Positions 59,065 through 64,000 of a stretch of DNA of 64,000 nucleotides are shown one piece after another (the first letter of the stretch is position 1; the number at the start of each line of letters is the position of its first letter). The stretch comes from Escherichia coli. GTDB taxonomy: Bacteria; Pseudomonadota; Gammaproteobacteria; Enterobacterales; Enterobacteriaceae. A program made the translations under genes and the position numbers. The notes under the pieces are model-generated. The model was given only the letters and a program-made list of their open reading frames with translations, searched no databases and was not told the origin of the DNA. The DNA lies in NCBI RefSeq assembly GCF_022846255.1, contig NZ_AP025682.1, one strand, 5' to 3'.

Positions 59065-60048
59065 GTGAATTTCCCTGTATCCATCCAGCAAAAACGGGTG
59101 TATAAAACTGTACATTCATACAGCAAAATGAGTTCTACTATGGCACTGGAAAAAGGAATTGCAGAGTTAGTCGAAGAGTTTATCGCTGCGGGTCGCCCCT
59201 CATCGCGCCAACAAAGTATTACGCAGCGCAGAGAGGGCTATATCGCCAGCGCTGTCCTTGCGGGTGAGACAGAAACGCGGGTAGATATTCAGACTATCGA
59301 ACTTGAAGGGATGACCTTACGAATAGTGTCACCGCTGAATGCCCCGACATTACTCCCGACGATAATTTATTACTACGGTGGCTGTTTTGTTAGCGGCGGG
59401 TTCGCAACTCACGACAACCAGCTGCGCCAGTTAGCCTATTACGGGCAATGTCGGATTATTGCCGTCCAGTATCGGCTGGCACCGGAACATACTTTCCCCG
59501 CCGCCCATGATGATGCACAACGAGGTGCAGAATTAGTCCGGCAACACGCCGAACGACTCGGCGTTGATAAACAACGAATAACTCTTGCCGGTGACAGTGC
59601 GGGAGGGCATCTGGCGCTGGTAACTGCTTTGCGATTGAAGCGTGCTGGCGAGTGGCAACCAGCACAACTCATCTTAATTTATCCTATGCTTGATGCGACT
59701 GCGCATTTCGAAAGCTACATACGCAATGGTCACGATTACATCATCACACGCGACACTTTACTGAGCGGCTTTGAGATGTACCTGCCAGGCATTGAACGCA
59801 GGCATCCTGAAGCCAGCCCTATTTGGCGCAATGATTTCAATGGCTTGCCACCTGTACATATCATTACCGCTGAATACGACCCACTTTGCGATGAAGGTGA
59901 AGCGTTGTATCACCGCATGACAGGGCAAGGAGTGCAATGCACCTGCCAACGCTACCTTGGCGTTATCCACGGATTTTTTCAGTTAGGTGGTATCAGTGAG
60001 GCTGCGCGATCGGCGCTACGGGATGTTGCCTGGAGAGCGGGAAGGTAA
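59065..60048 (+). CDS. alpha/beta-hydrolase esterase/lipase (hormone-sensitive-lipase family); start uncertain (GTG 59065, ATG 59128 or 59140)
   Basis: GDSAGG nucleophile elbow, YYGGCF oxyanion motif, C-terminal HGF. Confidence 0.7.
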   Translation: MNFPVSIQQKRVYKTVHSYSKMSSTMALEKGIAELVEEFIAAGRPSSRQQSITQRREGYIASAVLAGETETRVDIQTIELEGMTLRIVSPLNAPTLLPTIIYYYGGCFVSGGFATHDNQLRQLAYYGQCRIIAVQYRLAPEHTFPAAHDDAQRGAELVRQHAERLGVDKQRITLAGDSAGGHLALVTALRLKRAGEWQPAQLILIYPMLDATAHFESYIRNGHDYIITRDTLLSGFEMYLPGIERRHPEASPIWRNDFNGLPPVHIITAEYDPLCDEGEALYHRMTGQGVQCTCQRYLGVIHGFFQLGGISEAARSALRDVAWRAGR

Positions 60049-60111
60049 CTCCGGACCAGGGCCCAGAAAAGGTTTTCAGATTGAAAACCTTTTCAGTCAA
60101 GTAAAACGCCC

Positions 60112-61101
60112 CTACTCTTCTTCGTTTCCGCCCTCTTCATACGGACCAAATGGCTTCGCGGGCAGAACGATATACGTGCCTTCAAACACTGCACCCGGCG
60201 TCTCGTCGCCAAAGATTTCGACCTGCATTTGTACCCGCGCTTTTCGTCCGCGCGCCAGACGGTCGAGATCGCCACTTAAGGCACCAAGGTCGGCTACCGC
60301 ATGGGGTTTACCACTAATCGGTTTGCTATAGCGGATATGCGCATCCGCCAGAATAATCGTTCCGCCGAGGTGGCGTTCGCGCAGCATCAGCCAGATAAGC
60401 CCCCAACCGGTGAGCGTAGCCAGCGAGAATAAACTCCCGGCAAACAGCGTGTGATGCGGATTCTGATTGCCGGTTTCCGGCATGGTGGTGATAAATTTTT
60501 GCCCGGTATATTGCTGAATGCGCACACCCATTTTTTCGCTTAACGGGATATGTTCATACCACGCTTGCTGGAGCTGGGCGCACCAGTCGCCGCGATGAAG
60601 AATATCATCCAGAGTGGCAACAGGTTTTATCATCAAAAAATGGCGAATCGGCGTGGTGGTTGGCGTGGTGATTTCACCCTGATTAACAAACCCCAGCTTG
60701 GCGAAAAACTCCACCGCGTCTTCACGGGCGCTACAGGTCACGCGCTTAACGCCTTCCTGACGTGCCACCGACTCCAGGGTCATCGCCATCAGCGTGCCTA
60801 ACCCTTTGTCCTGCACGTCGGGATGAACGGCCATAAAGCGAATGGACGCTTCATTGTCGGCATTAATATACAGTCGGCCTACCGCTACCAGATTACCCTG
60901 CTCGTCGACGACCATCTGGTGATGCGCCATCGCATCCCACGCGTCGCGTTCCGAACCTTTTGGTTGATGCAGGGGCTTACGCAACATTTCCCAGCGAAAC
61001 TGATAGTAACGCTCTAATTCTTCTTCTGTTTGTGGAACCCGAAGGTGATACATAGCGATACTCTCTCTTGTTTCCCGTGACAACCCTGGAAGCTGGCTCA
61101 T
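60112..61101 (-). CDS. yiiD: GNAT acetyltransferase / thioesterase fusion protein YiiD
   Basis: 329 aa, [33 protein letters not shown]. Confidence 0.85.
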
Positions 61102-61535
61102 ACCTGCAACCAGAATGTCACGGGGCCATCATTGACCAGCGATACCTGCATATCCGCAGCGAAGCGTCCTGTTTGCGTGTTCATCTCTTGCTGACGGCAG
61201 CGTTCGACGAAATAGTCATATAACGCCTCTGCGCGATCCGGTGATGCGCCTTTGGAGAAACTTGGGCGCATCCCCCGTTCGGTATCTGCGGCAAGGGTAA
61301 ACTGGGAAACCACCAGTACACTGCCGCCCGCCTGTTGCACGTTGAGATTCATCTTGCCTTCGGCATCGCTAAAGATGCGGTAGCCGAGCACACGCTCGCA
61401 CAGACGGTTTGCTTTCTGTTCGTCGTCATCCTTTTCGACACCCAATAACACCAAAAGTCCCGCGCCAATTTCACCCGTCACTTCTCCCTCCACGGTGACG
61501 CTGGCACGGGTTACGCGTTGAATTAATGCAATCAT
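61098..61535 (-). CDS. dtd: D-aminoacyl-tRNA deacylase
   Basis: 145 aa, [24 protein letters not shown]. Confidence 0.95.
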
Positions 61536-62404
61536 GGTTCGTCGTCTTCTTCTTGTTCAGCAGCTTGTTTTAATTTGCGGTATTCCCCGAGAGTGACAGT
61601 AATTTCCGCGCCAAGCAAGACGATACACCATGTCCAGTAGACCCAAACAAAGAGAATGGGGATCACCGCCAGCACACCGTAAATGAGCTGATATGATGGG
61701 AACATGGTGATATAAAGCGCGAAACCTTTCTTTCCTGCTTCGAACAGGAGCGCGGCGACAAACGCGCCGACAATCGCGTCGCGGTTAGGTACACGGATGG
61801 TAGGAACGATGCTGTACAGCAGCCAGAAAGAGATCCACGACAACAGCAGCGGAAAAATACGCAACACATTATCGATGACAGTATTGAGATCGCTCGCCCA
61901 GCGCAGAGAGAGCAGATAGGAGCTGATCGCCAGACTGGCCCCTGCCAACAGCGGCCCCAGCGTTAAAATCATCCAGTACACGGCAAACGAGTAAATTTTG
62001 GGTCGCGCTCGTTTACTGCGCCAGATGGTATTCAACGCGCTATCGATGGAGTACATCAACAATAACGCCGTGACGATCAGCCCGCACGCCCCGACGGCGG
62101 TCATTTTGTTGGAATTGGCGACAAACTGTTCGATATATCGCTGGATAACATCGCCAGTAGCAGGCAGAAAGTTGGCAAAAATAAAGTGACGCAACTGAAT
62201 GCTGACGTCGGAAAACATGGGAAAAGCGGCGAAAAGCGCAAAAACAACGGCAACCAGCGGCACTAATGAGAGCAACGACACATAGGCAAGGTTACCTGCC
62301 AAGGTTGTCATGTTGTCCTCATCAATGCGTTGCCAGAGTAGTTTTAGCCAGGCCCATAGTGGACGGGTACGATGCCTGGCTTTGTCCTGAATGGTTTTTA
62401 GCAT
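61532..62404 (-). CDS. yihY: YihY/BrkB-family inner membrane protein
   Basis: 290 aa polytopic membrane protein. Confidence 0.85.
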
Positions 62405-62997
62405 AACACCTTCGCGAAATAGTCCGGGATGGTGGTTTTATCTTTCACCAGAATACTAGTAATGCCTAGCCGATTAGCTCCTTCTATATTATCGGCGTTA
62501 TCGTCGAAAAAGACCGTATCGTCTGGTGAAAAACCTTCTGCCTGCAAAACATGCTGATAAATTCGTGCTTCAGGTTTGCGCATACCCAAGTCTTGCGACA
62601 GATAGATATGGTCAGCAGCATCACGGATTTCCGGGTATTCCTCCGGCCAGAAGGTAGTATGCAGGCGGTTAGTATTGGAAAGCACCACCACGCGATGCCC
62701 CTGCTCACGCAGTTTATGCATGATGGCGATCACTTCCGGTCGTAGCGCAACAAATACCGCCTGCCAACCGTGGGAGAACTGCTCATAGCTTAGCGGCAGG
62801 GCCATCTCATGACACAGTGCCTCTGCGAACGCTTCGTCGCTAATTTCCCCACGCTCATGCTGATGAAACGCCTCGCCCATGTGGAAACTCTTCTTAAGCG
62901 TAGCCAGTGGAACACGCGTTAAATCGCTCCAGGCCCCCAGCACACGGTTAAAGTCGATATCGACAATCACATTACCTAAATCAAAGATATAGAGCAT
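62398..62997 (-). CDS. yihX: HAD-family alpha-D-glucose-1-phosphate phosphatase
   Basis: 199 aa from [16 protein letters not shown] (HAD motif I). Confidence 0.9.
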
Positions 62998-63095
62998 TTT
63001 TGCCTCCTTTCGCGCCACAAGAAATTAACTGTAGCGGGAAAGGATGGGTTTGGCTATGTGGCCAAGTGTGAAGCCAGGTCAACGGTCACAAAATT

Positions 63096-63881
63096 CTACG
63101 CGTCTTCCTGGGGAAGGATGATTTCAATTTGGCTGTCTTGTAAGCGTGATTTTAGCGCAGCGGGCGGCAGCTCGTCGGTAAAGAGCGCAGTGACCTGTGC
63201 CACGTTACCAATTTCAACCGCCGCCGAAGCATGATACTTAGTGTGATCGGCGACCAGCAGGATATTTCTCGCGTGCGCCATCATCGTTTTCACCACGTTA
63301 GCTTCGTTAACATCAAACTCCATCAACGCGCCATCGCTCTCGATTGCGCCTACGCTTGTTACCAGATAATCTGCGCGAAAATCGGCCACAAAGGACGCCG
63401 CTGAAGGGCCAATGATCCCACTGTTATGGGAACGCAGCGTTCCGCCAGGCACCATCACTTCAAAGCGCGGGTTGTGGTAAAGAATATGCGCCACACGCAG
63501 GCTGTTGGTGATTATCCGCAAATGGTTATGGTTAAGTAACGCCCGGGCAACATGCTCAACGGTCGTACCAATGGTGATAAATATTGTTGAACCATCAGGA
63601 ATATAATCTGCCACCGCTTCGGCAATCGCTTTTTTTTCTTCGGTTTGCGAAACCTCACGCTGCTCGAACGCCGTATTAACGACGCTGGAAGCCCGACCCG
63701 CGCCACCGTGATGGCGCGTAATCAGTCCTTGCTCGCTTAATTTACGAATATCCCGGCGCACCGTCTGCGTGGAGACATCCAGCAGATTTGCCAGCTCATC
63801 AATATTCATATACCCACGCTCGGCGATCAGCATGAGGAGTTGGTCGTGCCGCGGGTTACCGGTTAGTTCGGTAAGGCTCAT
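63096..63881 (-). CDS. yihW: DeoR-family transcriptional regulator YihW (CsqR)
   Basis: 261 aa from MSLTELTGNPRHDQLLMLIAERGYMNIDELANLL. Confidence 0.85.
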   Translation of the reverse strand: MSLTELTGNPRHDQLLMLIAERGYMNIDELANLLDVSTQTVRRDIRKLSEQGLITRHHGGAGRASSVVNTAFEQREVSQTEEKKAIAEAVADYIPDGSTIFITIGTTVEHVARALLNHNHLRIITNSLRVAHILYHNPRFEVMVPGGTLRSHNSGIIGPSAASFVADFRADYLVTSVGAIESDGALMEFDVNEANVVKTMMAHARNILLVADHTKYHASAAVEIGNVAQVTALFTDELPPAALKSRLQDSQIEIILPQEDA

Positions 63882-64000
63882 GAAAATTCCTCGAAAAACC
63901 ATCACCCTGGCATTTTATACAAAAAGTGACAAAAAAGATCGGGTTTGATCACAGTCAGGGATCCCAGCTCGTCCACCGGGACGTGTGCATTTTAACGCCG

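Overview
This 64-kb window is an Escherichia coli-like chromosomal segment, colinear (in reverse orientation) with the K-12 yihW-dtd-yiiD / fdhE-fdoIHG-fdhD / rhaMDAB-rhaSR-rhaT / sodA-kdgT-yiiM / cpxARP / fieF-pfkA-sbp-cdh-tpiA / yiiQRS-uspD-fpr / glpXKF / zapB-rraA-menA-hslUV-ftsN-cytR-priA-rpmE-yiiX-metJ-metBL region. Gene identities come from protein lengths and N-terminal sequences recalled from memory; no database search was run. Most of the window is ordinary core genome. The accessory content is: (1) a >7-kb island downstream of metL (positions 185-7375) with three paralogous secreted UshA-family nucleotidase-like genes, a Tsx-like outer-membrane channel gene and a zinc-ribbon protein gene, with a perfect CRP site in its divergent promoter; this is the best candidate for an undescribed system, provisionally a periplasmic nucleotide-processing and nucleoside-uptake module; (2) an intact 1426-bp IS4 with 12-bp target duplication between rraA and zapB; (3) an apparent in-frame deletion in kdgT; (4) a 5.4-copy tandem array of 92-bp BIME/REP units between rhaA and rhaD; (5) a porin gene plus a probable gene remnant where K-12 has yiiG-frvRXBA; (6) a small islet between fdhE and yiiD with an RHH regulator, small ORFs, a RelE/HigB-like toxin with XRE antitoxin, and an esterase, bounded by short direct repeats. 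Known non-standard elements are also present: selenocysteine recoding in fdoG, the CpxQ sRNA region in the cpxP 3' UTR, MetJ boxes, CpxR box, CRP sites and the sigma-32 hslVU promoter.
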